A stretch of 64,000 nucleotides of DNA from Rhynchopus sp. YZ270_cl-10 (GCA_964035575.1 OZ037843.1:1302001-1366000); one strand, 5' to 3'. Shown: positions 22,362 through 34,360, counted from the first letter of the stretch. Numbers and translations are program-made. Notes: generated by a model not told the origin, from the sequence alone.

Positions 22362-23680
22362 TAGTGCAAGAAATTCGACTTCGGGATCCGGAAAGTCTGT
22401 CCTCTGCTCTTGCGGAGGACTAGGCACAAGAAAATATTGCGTTCCCCCAGAAAACCAATTTTTGTCAGAGTAATTTTTGCCCAGGGCATGCTCTTGAAGC
22501 ATGGCGGCTTGGTGTGAGAAGGGGCAGTGTATTGTTTTGTTCTAGATTTCGACGGTTGTTAGAACGAGTCAAGTGGATGCTTATCTAAACACTGACTTTA
22601 GTACAGACCCGAGAGATCACACATGACTTTGAGGAAAGAACAAAGCAATGCATCTGTACCCGCACGCCAGGTTGTAGTTACTTCAGAATTTTCTTAAGTT
22701 TGCATGAACGAGGAGGGGCGAATCATTCTTCGGGAACCATTAGCTGTATACCATGGAATGATTTTCTCAAAAACACCACGTGGGGGCTGAATTCAATCCC
22801 TTAAGAATTGCGAATTCAGCCTTTGTAGAAGGTACGTCTTACTTGTACTTGTACTTGTATGCCGTGTCCACCCTTCTCGACCTTACCGGTTCACATGTTC
22901 GAAGTTTATTAGGCAGTGGTAACACCCTTCTCAATTGTGCAAACTTAAGAATTTTCTGCTGGAACTTACCAAAATCGATTTTCTTTCACCCCAAACACCC
23001 GCAACACCCCACCTGCTACTTCGGTAGCCTGTGTTGTTGGGAGTTGGTTCTCATGTTGATCCCCAGTGTTTTGCACTGCTTCTTCTGAGCCCAACGCTGT
23101 TTGGCCTGTCGACGTAATAAATACGAAGACAGGGCGGCGGTGCCAACAATTTTCCGATGATGTAACGTTTTATCTGATTGATTTATCGTTTGATATACCT
23201 TGTGTGTCCTACTTCGTAACTTGCACACACGAGCAACGTATATTGAACGGTACTTCAAGCGATACTTCGTTATGTCATTGGGGTACCTGGAAAAAAAAAT
23301 TTTCCCAGACGTCCCAGATCTCCCAGATTTGGCCAGATCTGGCCAGATCTGGCCAGATCTGGCCAGATCTGGGACGTCTGGGAAAAATTTTTTTTTCAAA
23401 AAAAAAAAAAAATTTTCCAGATCTGGCCAGATCTGGGCGGCCCAGATCTGGAGATCTGGCCAGATCTGGCAGCATCCGTGTTTTTTGGTCGATTTCGTTT
23501 TTTTTCCAAAGGGGGGACCCTTTGGTCGCCGAAATTCCCCAGCCAAATTTGGTCGCAAAATCGGCCGATTTTTCAAAAATCTCAAAAAAAAAAAAATTTT
23601 TTTTTTTTTTCACAAGTGTTTTTGAGGCCTGCTCACTACACCCTAGGCACCCTTCTGAGACCAAAAAGTCAAAAAAAGGT

Positions 23681-26600
23681 GGGATCACTCGGCCACCAGG
23701 TTCAACGAGTTGGTGGACGATGACGCACGTGTGGACCCGGGCGAGCAGCCCCAGCAGACCCTGAGGCAACGTGATCTCTCTTTGTCGATCATCCTCTGAC
23801 AAGCGGCTGCGGTGCGGGAGGCAGGCGATGTGCAGGACCTTGCTCGGCTGAACTCGCTCCAGCTGCCCATGGCTGGGGCGTGGGTAACGGCTCTGCCCCT
23901 CCCGGAGAATGTCATCGATCCGGAGGCGTTTCGCGCTGTGGTCCGTCTTCGGTTGGGTCTGGTGATGTACAGAGACGATGTCCGCTGCGGACAATGCGCA
24001 GTGAGCATGGACCAGTATGGGATTCATGCCCTCAACTGCAAGCATGGGGGTTGCACGATTCGCAGGCACGACCGGCTCCGGGATCTGGTGGGCACGCTAG
24101 GTTCGAAGGCAGGTCTCGCTCCGGCCTTGGAACCCAAGCACATCGTCCTCGGGGGTACCAAGCCAGCAGACATCTTCTTCCCCATCGGCATAGGTGACGG
24201 TAGAGCCAGGGCGGTAGACTGTGTGGTTGCGAACCCCCTGGCCTCTTCGCATGTACAGGGGGCGGCGCGAGCGGTGGGGCACGCAGCGGTCAAGCATCAG
24301 TCCTGGAAGCGCGATAAGCACGGCAAAGCTTGCAGGACAGCACACATTTCCTTCTCCGCTTTTGCGGCCGAGGTCTTTGGGGGGCTGGGGCCGGAAGCAG
24401 CCACGCTGTGGCGGCACCTGAACAAGATTGCCGCGGAGCGTGCGGACGGGGATAAGGTCTTGGCCTCGGCCAAATGGAATGAGCGTCTGGCCGTGTGTGT
24501 ACAGCGGGAGGTGGGTGCCACGCTGTTGAAGCGGGGGGCCTTGTGTTTCGGCCTTGGGGGTGATCGTGATGCAGTGCCGGCTGATACTGTCGAACGTACC
24601 CCAGACTACTACGTCACACCTGACGACGCCCCAGACGATCGCTTCCCTACATACGTGGACGACCACCTGTACCGGCTCGCTGAGCAAGACTGTGAGATTG
24701 TTGAGGAACCAACCCCTGATCCACGAAGTGCGGCTGATGTTGATGAGGCTACTGCGGCGATGGAGAGGTGGTTACAGCGGCAGGCGCGCAAGAACCCTGT
24801 TCATCAGTCTTCCGTCGTCGTGGAAGTAGCTCCCTGCGAGGACCCAGCTGCGGCCTATGAGAAGCTGCATGAGGGTGACTCCCCTCCTGCCCTAGCGGTG
24901 CAGCTGTCCGCCGTCGGATGCTCCACTCCCGCGAACTTCCGCTACACCGTGGGTGACTGCTGTTTCGACGCTATGGCACACTTGAGCGGGAAGAACGCGG
25001 GGTCCCTGAGGCAGGTTGCGGTTGCACAGGTAGTCCAAGACGCGGACCTGGCGGCACGGGCTGAACCGAATGTCGCCGTGTGGTCGCGGCGGATGCTCAT
25101 CGCTGGGTGTGATCGATCGGATACCTGGGCTGACACTGTGACCGTTGCCGGCCTTGCACGCGCTCTGAACTCGCTGGTGGTGGTGTTTGTGGGTGGTCAT
25201 AAGCCTTCGCTCTTCACCCCCTCGAGTGCGACGAATTACCAGAATGTGTTTGCGCTGGCTCACGACGGCCGCACGGTGGGCCACTTCACGCCGGTCACCA
25301 TCCCGGAGAAACTGAGGCAGTACTTCCTGATGCAGCCTCCGACGCCGCGCCTGCCGTCGCTCACTTGTGTGTCCCGCGTGGCAATGCTGGACTACCCTCA
25401 GGACGGAACGAGAGAGGATTTCGGGAAATGTGAGGTGTGCGGGTCTGCTGTCCTCGGCAGTGAGCAGCACTGGCAGTGCGGGGAGTGCGTGGCTTGGGCG
25501 TGCCGGCAGTGTCGTCCCCTCAGCTGCTCTTCCTGCCCACGGGCTCCAGCGGTTGTCAGCTTACCGAGTTCCTCAGGTGTCACTGCGCGCACACATCCAG
25601 CAGCGGACCCCAAGAGTAATGACTTGTTGCAGGAGCAGCGGGATAAACGCGTGGCCACGAGTGGGGCTACCATCAAGAAGAACAGGGACCAGCTTCGTGC
25701 CCGGTTGCGTAAGGCTCCGACGGATGCCATGGATGTAGAGAGTGGCTATTCAAACACCACCCCAGCCCTCTCTACCTCCTCCGCGCCCCAGGTCGTGCAG
25801 ACCCCTGTCCAACCTGGCACTTCGTCGCAGGCGCACTCTGCATCGGACGAGTCTCAGCAGCATCAGACAAATACGGAGAGTGGCTATTACAACACCCACG
25901 CAGCCCTCCCCGTACCCGCGTCTGATGTGGCTGTTCCCTCATCCACCAGCACGAGAGAGCAGCCTCACGCTGTTCCGCAGGTCGCTACGTCGCAGGCGCA
26001 GCCATCAAGGACCCATACGGAGAGTGGCTATTCAAACACCACCCCAGCCCTCCCCGTATACACGTCCTCTGAGGCAGCTCACTCTCACGCTGACACGAGT
26101 GAGCAGCCACACGTCGCCTCGCAAGACAGTGCGTACTCCGCGGACCTCCTTGGCGGGTCCCAGCACGCAGTTCCCTTGCCTGGCGCAACCTCGGTCCCCA
26201 GCACAGACACACCATCGGAGAGTGGCTACCAATCCGCACCACCAGCCCTCCCGAACCCTGTGCCGGTATGGAATGACATAGCGCCCTGCCCCGGGTTTGA
26301 CTTGCCTATTCCAGAGACCGCTGATGAGTGGGAGGGGTTGTTCTATCCCACTACCACTCATTTCAGCTCCCAAGGCGGGGACTCTATGACGGCGGCGGAG
26401 GCTTTCGAGTACTGTGGGCGGTGGAGGACTGCAGTGAGGCCGATGTTGAGTCAGGAGGAGCTGAGGAAGGCGTCGACGCTGTGCAATCGCCTGAGGAGTC
26501 TTGTGCAGACGCGCCTTCGCTCCGCCGCATAGACTTTAGAGACTTCTTTTTACTTTTTCTCCCCTCTCCCCCCCCCTTCTTCCCTTTCTCCTTCTTTTTT

Positions 26601-26876
26601 GGCTATTTTTATTTCGTTCACATAGCCTAGATTCGGACCTGTTTTCAGGCCGACCGTGTACAGCCGGGTAGAGCTAGACAACGCCAACAGCTGTGGCCCA
26701 AGGAGGTCCTCAGTGTTGTCTGCCAATCCCCTTAACCCAACAAAAGACTACAAAATAAAAACAATCTAGACAAAGCCGCCCCCATCCCCGTCCAGGCAAA
26801 ATAAAAAAAGTAAAAGAATGCCCTTCCTCAGTCCGGAAGTATCACCTCAACCGGTTACCTGCCGTAAAAGAGAGAG
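23681..26876 (+). mobile_element. 5'-truncated CRE/SLACS-clade non-LTR retrotransposon
   Basis: GC-rich coding segment interrupting AT-rich transposon DNA; RLE-type ORF, ~340-nt 3' UTR ending aaaagagagag; candidate AGGT duplication (23677-80, 26877-80), uncertain. Confidence 0.8.
23812..26532 (+). pseudogene. C-terminal part of a retrotransposon polyprotein: CCHC knuckle + restriction-like endonuclease + OTU-like protease + Zn finger + S/T/P-rich repeats (RT domain absent)
   Basis: AGAWVTALP..FRAVVRLRLG, CGQC-x9-HALNC, RRHD, LEP, KPADI, AVDC, KRDKH, EVFGGLG are CRE-clade RLE motifs; GDCCF...WAD...GHF is an OTU pattern. The frame continues upstream to ~23680 through one TGA at 23797; the annotated start is GTG. 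Confidence 0.85.
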
Positions 26877-29789
26877 AGGTTACAGAACTATTGTAAGAAA
26901 TCCAAAAAAAGCATGAATTGGGCTGTTTTGAGCATCTAGAGTTTATTCCCCAGCCATTTTCTGTACCACCAGTGCACTTTGTATGGGCCAGCGCCTTGTC
27001 GAAAAATCGAAAAATCTCAAAAAAAAAAAAAATTTTTTTTCGGGAAAATTTCGACCACTGAGGTGGGTCTTTGGGCACCAAAAAATGCAAAAAAAATGCA
27101 AAAATCGGGTGTTTTGACCATCTGTGGTTACACAAAACACACTTCTGTGTACAAGCCTACACCAATACAGTGGTAATACAAGGCGATTTTTGACCAAAAA
27201 AAAAAAAATTTTTTTCGCCCAAAATCGGGCGTGGTACGTCATAAAATGGCCCAAAAAATCCAAGGAAAACCTTCGATTGGGCAAATTATGAAAAAAATTT
27301 TCAAGTCAAATTTTCAACCAAAATACGGTCATTTTGTTCACACAGTGATTCTACGTCATGCTAGCTTCCTGTGCAGAACTCCAGCAATTCACCAATGCCG
27401 GCATCTATCTTTCCATTATCGCCATTGCACTTCGGTCATTTTGTGCATACCCTGTGACTGTGGTGGCTAGAGAACACGCACATACAGACCCGTTCCTTGC
27501 AATTTCCAGTGTTGTGTTTATCAATGCATGCATCCAGAGGACCTCTGGTTTACGAAATCGTAGGCACTCCTGTGCAAAAATGAAGTCGGTTTTTGACCCA
27601 AAATCGGGGTGGGTGGGCCATAATTTGCTCCAAATTTGGCCGAAAATTGGGATTTTTCTGAAAATTTTCATTGTGCCCAGCAAAAATCCTTGATTTTTTG
27701 AAGAATTTTCCAAAAAATATGCTATACCCCCTATGACTGGACCCAACTCCCCTCACCCTTTTTTTCCCCTAAAAAAGCCCCCAAAATTCCTACCATTTTT
27801 ACCATTTTTACCATTTTTGACCAATTTAGGGTACCTCCTTTGAAAGATTTTGCGCCGATCTTTCAAAAGAAGCAAGAATCGAAAAGTTTTGTTCATCTAA
27901 TATTTTTTTGGATGCTGAGGCGAAGGCGGAGCTGCCACGGAAAATCATGTTTTTTGACCAACACCCCCTGAAATAACCCTCCTAATACCACAAGGCTATT
28001 ACTGGGGTTCTACTCATTTTCAGAAAAACGTTTTTTTATATTTTGAAAGATTTTTCACCGATCTTTCAAAATACGCCATCTAAGAACACTTTTATGCATC
28101 TAGGGTTTCCTTGGATGCCGGGGAGCGTGAAAAAGTACGAACAAAAGGTCACTTTTCAGAGCCTCCATGTGATCAAAAATTTTCTACTCGTTTTCGTGAA
28201 AACACTTTTTTTGTGTGGAAAGATTTCGTTCACATCTTTCAAAATACGCAAAAATCGAAAACTTTTATGCATCTGTGATTTCCTCGGATTTTGGTGAGAT
28301 TTTACCACCAAATCAGGGGTTTTAACGTTGCTAAGGTCGTAAGGCTAGTAGGGTTGGTAAGTAGGGTTCTACTCATTTTCGGGAAAAGATTTTTACATTT
28401 TTGGAAAGATTTGATGTCAAATCTGTCACAAGAAGTGGTGTTTCAGTGTAAATCGTTAGGGAAATCGATTTTTAGACATGCTGCTAACAGAGCTACACTC
28501 ATCTAAGTTGGGTTCTACTTGGACTTTTTGCTCGATTTTTTTTTCTTTGAAAAGATTTTGTGGCGAATCTTTCAAATAACGCCATTTTCGGACAGCAATA
28601 ATTTACGGGTATTCCCTCGCTCTGCTGGACGAGTAAAAAACCGAAAGGCGGATTTTATGCTTACCTCATTTTGAGGGGAATATTTTTTTTCAAAAAAAAA
28701 CTTAAAAAAATGGAATTGGAAGCTGTGTTCAAAATCTTTCAATTGCGGCCAGGTACGATCAAAAATTTGCATCTGGGGTCCATTTACTGGTTGGAGAGCC
28801 CAAAAAACCAAAAACCAAAAGTGGGTCCAAAAAACGGCTTGGGGTCTAAAGGGTTAAAAAAAAAAAAAAAAAACACACACGTATGATTTCCACGTATGGG
28901 AAATCACACGTAGGGAAAAATCAAAATTAATTCACGTATGGAAAATCACACGTCCCACATGTGGAAGGTAATACGTGGCCTACCCTTATCTGAAACTCTC
29001 CATTTTTTTTACATCTCTCAAAAAATAACCTTCATTTGTCTGTAAAGACGTGTGTACCCTCTTCACCTATTTTTCCACTTTTGATTTCCTCTCGGTTCTT
29101 GTGCTCAGCATGGTGTTGGATTGCACACTTTTGTGAGTAATTTGTTGATAATGCCATAACACCTCTTATCGTATGTGGTGTCCAACGTTGAACATCACGA
29201 AAGAACAAAACAAAACAGGAGCATAAAAATAAAAAATAAAACAGCAGAAATTCATTTCATAAAAAAACCCAGTCAATACCCGTATTGGTGTTTTGCTCCG
29301 TTGTGTCGCGCGTCATGCATAGAACAAAAAATAAGAGAAAAAAATAACTCATGTCCCATCACACCGTCTTCGTGTATGCCATTTTCTTCGTATTTTCCTT
29401 TCTTTCCCCTTTTTTCTTTTGTTTTTTTTACCATCATTCATACAGGGTAATCTGGCCGATGCCAGACTTTTGATAATCCTGAATTTTCTTGACGTTTTCT
29501 TGACTTTCAGAAGTCAGGAAAAAATCAAGAAAAAGTCAAAACATATCCTTGTCTTGACTTTTTGAGACTTTGAAAAGTTCGACTTTCCTTTCATCTTGTC
29601 GTAACACAATCATTCACAAACAGAATGAAGAGACACAAATTGTGTCGTCTTTGTGATGAAAGTATGTTGGTGATCACGTGTTGTGGTCACGTCCTTTTTG
29701 TGTTATTTTGTGCATTTTTGTGGTTCCCTACCCCCGCTCAGGTCTCCCCTTCTCCACACCATTTTCCTTTGTGTTCACTTTTTTACTTT

Positions 29790-30434
29790 TGTAGCGGAAG
29801 CACCTGGAACACACTGCTTTCGATCATTTTCAGCTCTATCAATTAGTACAAGACGGTTTTTATGTCAAATGCCAAAGAAAGAAGACCGAATGTTGTCAGA
29901 AGAAGACACACCTCACCTTACCTCACCCCCCTCCGTTTTCGCTTTCCCGTGCTATTCACATCACGCCTCAAATATCCCTCACACTGCGTGGGGAAGTACA
30001 GAAGCCTCTGACACAGTGTGCTGTGAGTCTCCCATGTACATTGAAGTGGCCGTTGGATCACCGTTGGGTTGGTCACTGTATCCCCAGCCTGTGCGGATGA
30101 GTCACACAGCACACCGCAAAGTAGGTGGGTACGTGCCGCCAATACAACGTGACGTCCTACATTAGCCCTCGTCACCCAAAACTGCATACTGTACGGAAAG
30201 CAACAAAGACCTCCTCTTTGGCGCGTCCACAGCATCGTGTGTCACGTTGTGTACCGTTGGTTGCCTTCTTCGCTGATGTGAATGTGCTGACCAGCGATAA
30301 GGTATTGCCCAAGGCTCACATACACGGCATCCACCCCACAGACTTTTGTCTTGTCTTGCATCCTGTCTGTCCCCACCCCACACCACACCACACATCCCCA
30401 GACACTCTCTTCCCTTTCTGTACACCTCAGAACA
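29790..30434 (+). repeat. Shared upstream block of the gene unit (homologous to ~41380-41895 and ~45820-46463)
   Basis: Near-identical sequence, e.g. cacatcacgcctc.aatatccctcacactgcgtggggaagtacagaagc. Confidence 0.9.
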
Positions 30435-33056
30435 ATGGTGTCATGCGGGATCCAGTCGCTGACAATGCTGCTGTGTGTGGTGCTGATTCTGTCGACAGGT
30501 GCGATCATCGGTGGCTTCACTCTGTCAACATGGGACGACCTTCTGGAGAAGGCACGTGACACAGGTGACGAGGGCTTCGGGATGTGTCTCGACAGTGGTA
30601 CGGCGGACATCGAAACGGTCTCGGCACGCTACCTGCGTTCTGTTCTTGGCAACGTGGACACGGCAGTGAAGGAGTACCTGAAGGTGCCTGAGCAGCACGT
30701 GATATCGATCGCCACCCTGGCACAGGCACACCACCCAAACGTCACCACGAGCCCTGCCTTTGCAGCTTCCCATTTGCGTCCTGCAGTTATGTCTGCCTAT
30801 ATGGCTGGGAAGGCGTCTGGAATTCTACGCTTCGGTCACGAAGCGTACCCGTGGTGTGCGGCACATCCTGTTCCGTGGAAGAGGGGTGACGGGTTTGCAG
30901 GGTGGGGCTCGCGGATGGCATACAGGACACTGTATGATGGGAGCGCTCCCCTAGAGGCAAATGACACCAGATTCCTCGTGCTGTATTCTACACGTGACCA
31001 CGTGACGCTGGCAGAGGGACTTTCCGACCATGCTGTCCTCACAGAAAGCAACAAGCTGGGTGACATCAGAAACCCCTCACAGCCGTGCAACCCGCAACCT
31101 GACCAGAACAAAGGCGAGATGCGTGGACTGTGCATATTCCCCATCTCTATTGTCGAACCCCTGGGCGACCCAATCGTTGCCCAACGTGGGAGACAGATGT
31201 GGTACCTGGGTGCCGACGATCCACCACTCAACCCTGTGGACACTCTTGTTTATTCCAGCATGCAGGTGCAGTGGGACTACATGTCCTGGGAGCTGAGCTA
31301 CACCTACACCCACCCAGATATGTACACGATGTACCCCAAGCAGGGCAAGCGTGTGGGTTCAGTGGTTGCCACCGTGACTGCGAAAGGAGTGTCTGACGTG
31401 GTGCGTGCACAGCTGCTCCCGACCGGCACGTCGTTGTACCTGGTGGATTACGACCGTGCATCTGGATCAGTGGGGACAGTTGTTGCGCACAACAGAGGAC
31501 GGCACGTGACGTACGTGAGAACCCTGAGAGACGTCGGTGCCTACGTGGACCTTGCATACAGCATCAACATAACGAACCACTCGATGGAAGACGCAACGTC
31601 GCACATCCCCTCAGTGATTGCAGAGCACGGGCGGTTTGTGTTCACACACCCACAGAACTACAGAGACCTTGTGGAGAAGACAGAGGACTCCTTCCTGAAG
31701 TGGTCTGACTCGAACGGCACGGAGTTCTGGACAATCACGTCAACAATTGAACACAGAACGATCCTGTGGTATTCAACCCTTCTTGTGCCGAGGACGTCTG
31801 TGATGGATACGATTGATGCGTCGACGAATGCAATCCGTGCGAAGGTGGCATCAGATCTGTCCTCTGCAGACGCACAGAAGGAGGATGCGGTGACTGTGAT
31901 GGCGATTGTGACGGCTGTTGCGGTGATAGGACTTCTTGCCATTGCTGTTGTGTTCACACGCTACATCACGTCACCTCTGCTGAAGCTTGGGAGTGAGATG
32001 GCAAGTGTGGCTGTGATGGACCTGGAGGCTGTGGACACGGGCCGTGCAGTGTCGCAGCTGAGTGAAGTGGGGATGATGCAGCGCAGCTTTGTTACCATGG
32101 TGGCGAACCTGGTGGAGTACCGGAACTACATGCCGCAGAGTGTGCTTGTCAACGACAGCGACAAAGAGGACGTGTCCGAGACGGATTCTACACAAGATAT
32201 GAAGTCGCTGTCAGGCTTGTCTCGGCATTCACGTTCACGTGCGTCACCCAGTTCGGTTGTTACGATGCAGGCACAGAAGGCACTGCTGCGTGTGGAAGGG
32301 ATGAAGAAGAAGAAGGTGTCGCTGGCACACATGAACGTCGTGTCGTGGCACGCCTTCTGCAAGAAGCACAAGGACGCAGAGGTGCTCTCCGCACACGCAG
32401 GTGTGATTGAGAGGATCCTGACAGCAGTGCAGCACAACAAAGGTGTGTGCGACACGTTTGCTGGGGACAAGATGCTTGCCACCTTCAACGCCTTTGTTCC
32501 GAAGTCGTCACACAGTGTTGCCTGTGTGAAGGCTGCACACGAAGCAGCAACAACAGTTGGTGATGTGCACACGATCTCGTATGGGTGCACGACAGGCGAG
32601 GCACGTGTCGGGAACATGGGTTGCAACGGGATGAAGAAGGTGTCGATTCTTTCGCAGTCCATGTCGTGGGTGGTTGTGCTTGAGCGTTGGAACAAGAAGC
32701 ACAACCTGCACGGTGTTGTTGACCTCAACATTTCACGTGAGGCGGAGGGACAGGTGGTGCTCCAATGTGCAGGTGCTGTGCTGTACAAGAAGTTCAGTGA
32801 GAACGCCCAGACTGTGTTTGCTGTGAAGGGTCTGTGCAGCAGCGAAAACGAGGAGTGGATGTACCAGCTGGAGTCGTCCTCAAACAACCCGCACGCACTG
32901 TGGAACGAGGTCTTCGAGCACATCATCAAACAGGACTTTGAGAAGGCGTCTTCTCTGCTGGACAGCGTCGCTCAGGACCAACGCACACCTTACGAAGAGC
33001 TTATGGGCTATGTGCGGGAGAAGGCTTATGCACCGTACGTTGTGGATTTGCACTGA
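30435..33056 (+). CDS. Receptor-type cyclase-like protein, copy 2, 873 aa
   Basis: Intact paralog with the same start context, architecture and motifs as copy 1. Confidence 0.9.
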   Translation: MVSCGIQSLTMLLCVVLILSTGAIIGGFTLSTWDDLLEKARDTGDEGFGMCLDSGTADIETVSARYLRSVLGNVDTAVKEYLKVPEQHVISIATLAQAHHPNVTTSPAFAASHLRPAVMSAYMAGKASGILRFGHEAYPWCAAHPVPWKRGDGFAGWGSRMAYRTLYDGSAPLEANDTRFLVLYSTRDHVTLAEGLSDHAVLTESNKLGDIRNPSQPCNPQPDQNKGEMRGLCIFPISIVEPLGDPIVAQRGRQMWYLGADDPPLNPVDTLVYSSMQVQWDYMSWELSYTYTHPDMYTMYPKQGKRVGSVVATVTAKGVSDVVRAQLLPTGTSLYLVDYDRASGSVGTVVAHNRGRHVTYVRTLRDVGAYVDLAYSINITNHSMEDATSHIPSVIAEHGRFVFTHPQNYRDLVEKTEDSFLKWSDSNGTEFWTITSTIEHRTILWYSTLLVPRTSVMDTIDASTNAIRAKVASDLSSADAQKEDAVTVMAIVTAVAVIGLLAIAVVFTRYITSPLLKLGSEMASVAVMDLEAVDTGRAVSQLSEVGMMQRSFVTMVANLVEYRNYMPQSVLVNDSDKEDVSETDSTQDMKSLSGLSRHSRSRASPSSVVTMQAQKALLRVEGMKKKKVSLAHMNVVSWHAFCKKHKDAEVLSAHAGVIERILTAVQHNKGVCDTFAGDKMLATFNAFVPKSSHSVACVKAAHEAATTVGDVHTISYGCTTGEARVGNMGCNGMKKVSILSQSMSWVVVLERWNKKHNLHGVVDLNISREAEGQVVLQCAGAVLYKKFSENAQTVFAVKGLCSSENEEWMYQLESSSNNPHALWNEVFEHIIKQDFEKASSLLDSVAQDQRTPYEELMGYVREKAYAPYVVDLH

Positions 33057-34360
33057 AATTTCTTTTCCTTCTTTTACTGAGGATTGATTGATTCTCACAA
33101 GGCAGCACACAAGAAATGCTAGTATAGGTGTAATGAAACCGTTTGTCATGCTACCTTAGTTGTGCAGCATTGTTTATCATGTGGGAAGACTGTGCACACT
33201 TATCATTGCTCACCCCACCTGAATGGGTTTTGATCAGGTTTTTGGCGCACTAACGAAAACCTGATCACAAAAAGCACTGTGATAGTGATGTCGTACTTTT
33301 TTCTAGAAGTGATATTTATTCTGTTGTGCTGTGTGTGTCAATCCCTCCTTTGTGTGTGTGTGACTAAGCCACTTGCGGCTTAGGTTCATCTTATTCCATT
33401 CTTCGTTTTGTCCTCCACAGAAAACCCTACACCTCTGCCCCGTTCCACAATAGTTCGATAGTCTACAGCTGTACGAGGACGGCTTGGTAGAAGTGTCACG
33501 TCCCCGCATCCCACAATAAAAGAGAAGTGTGTTCACGTCGTGATCTTCTCTTCTGCGCGAACAAAATAGAAATCACAATCCTTTGTTTTCCTTTTGCAGG
33601 TCCTCATAGTAGTTAGCATAATCGCGAAGTCAGTGTCTCTCTTTGCTCTGACCTTGAACGATGTACTGTGGTCGCGGCTAACGTGAACAGGACCTTCAAA
33701 GGTTCTTTGTCACCGACCTGGTTGTCCTTAATATTATTTGCAGCTCACAGCAAGACAAAAAAAATACTTTTTTTCCATCATAAAAATACATGGGATGCCA
33801 TACAATACAACGAGGCCTATTCGTCCTCGCTAAGGCCGGCTAAGGCGTGGCGAAGCATGATTGTAAAGTATTTGTCTGTGTGCCTCAGCCACGACACAAA
33901 TATATTTTCCAGACGTACCTATTTTGAGGCGTCGTCGGCCTCGTTGCATTGTATGCACTCTTGTGTTAGGTACACTGTGCCTAGATATACCCTGGAGGCT
34001 AATTCGTTTTCGCACTATATTCGGATCCGAATATATGGTGAATATGATCCAAGAAGAGTCTTAGGGGTATGACTAGAGGGATTTGTACTGCAAGTCACAT
34101 TGTCCCCTTTAGACTGAGTTGCGGTTTAGTTTCTCCTCCTTTTATTTCGTTATGTCCACCGCCCCTTCTTCCTCTTCGACTGTATGCTAAGCAGAAAAAT
34201 TCACGATCATTGTCATTATTTTTGAAACAGTTAGGCAAAGTCGTTTACTTTATCAGAACACCACTGATTTAGCGTTATTTTACGATTATGTTTTCCTTAA
34301 GCAAATCAACGAAGAAAGGGTTTTTCCTTTTACTTACCATCACAGTTACTATTATTTCCC

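Larger units (their letters stand above)
18167..23480. mobile_element. CACGG-terminal TIR element with (GGCCAGATCT)n subterminal arms
   Basis: cacggatgctgccagatctggccagat ... atctggccagatctggcagcatccgtg, T-runs on both flanks; ~200-230-bp repeat arms at 18167-18400 and 23281-23480. Confidence 0.7.
17919..28853. mobile_element. piggyBac-like non-autonomous element with nested insertions
   Basis: TTAA|ccctttagaccccaag ... cttggggtctaaaggg|TTAA (perfect 16-bp TIR, CCC terminus). No transposase recognised. Confidence 0.85.
14061..28985. mobile_element. 14.9-kb composite nested insertion with PIF/Harbinger-like ends
   Basis: TTA|gggtaggc ... gcctaccc|TTA. Removing it gives ttcaacttctttctta-tctgaaactctcc, matching the uninterrupted spacer at ~37684-37712. 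Confidence 0.7.

Noticed and set aside
26877..26900. Spliced-leader RNA gene as the CRE element's target
   Set aside because: The flank shows only a weak reverse-strand likeness (ttctgta) to the SL exon and lies in transposon DNA; no SL gene is visible.
17919..28853. Autonomous piggyBac transposase
   Set aside because: No DDD-domain ORF is recognisable; the two long ORFs inside belong to nested elements.
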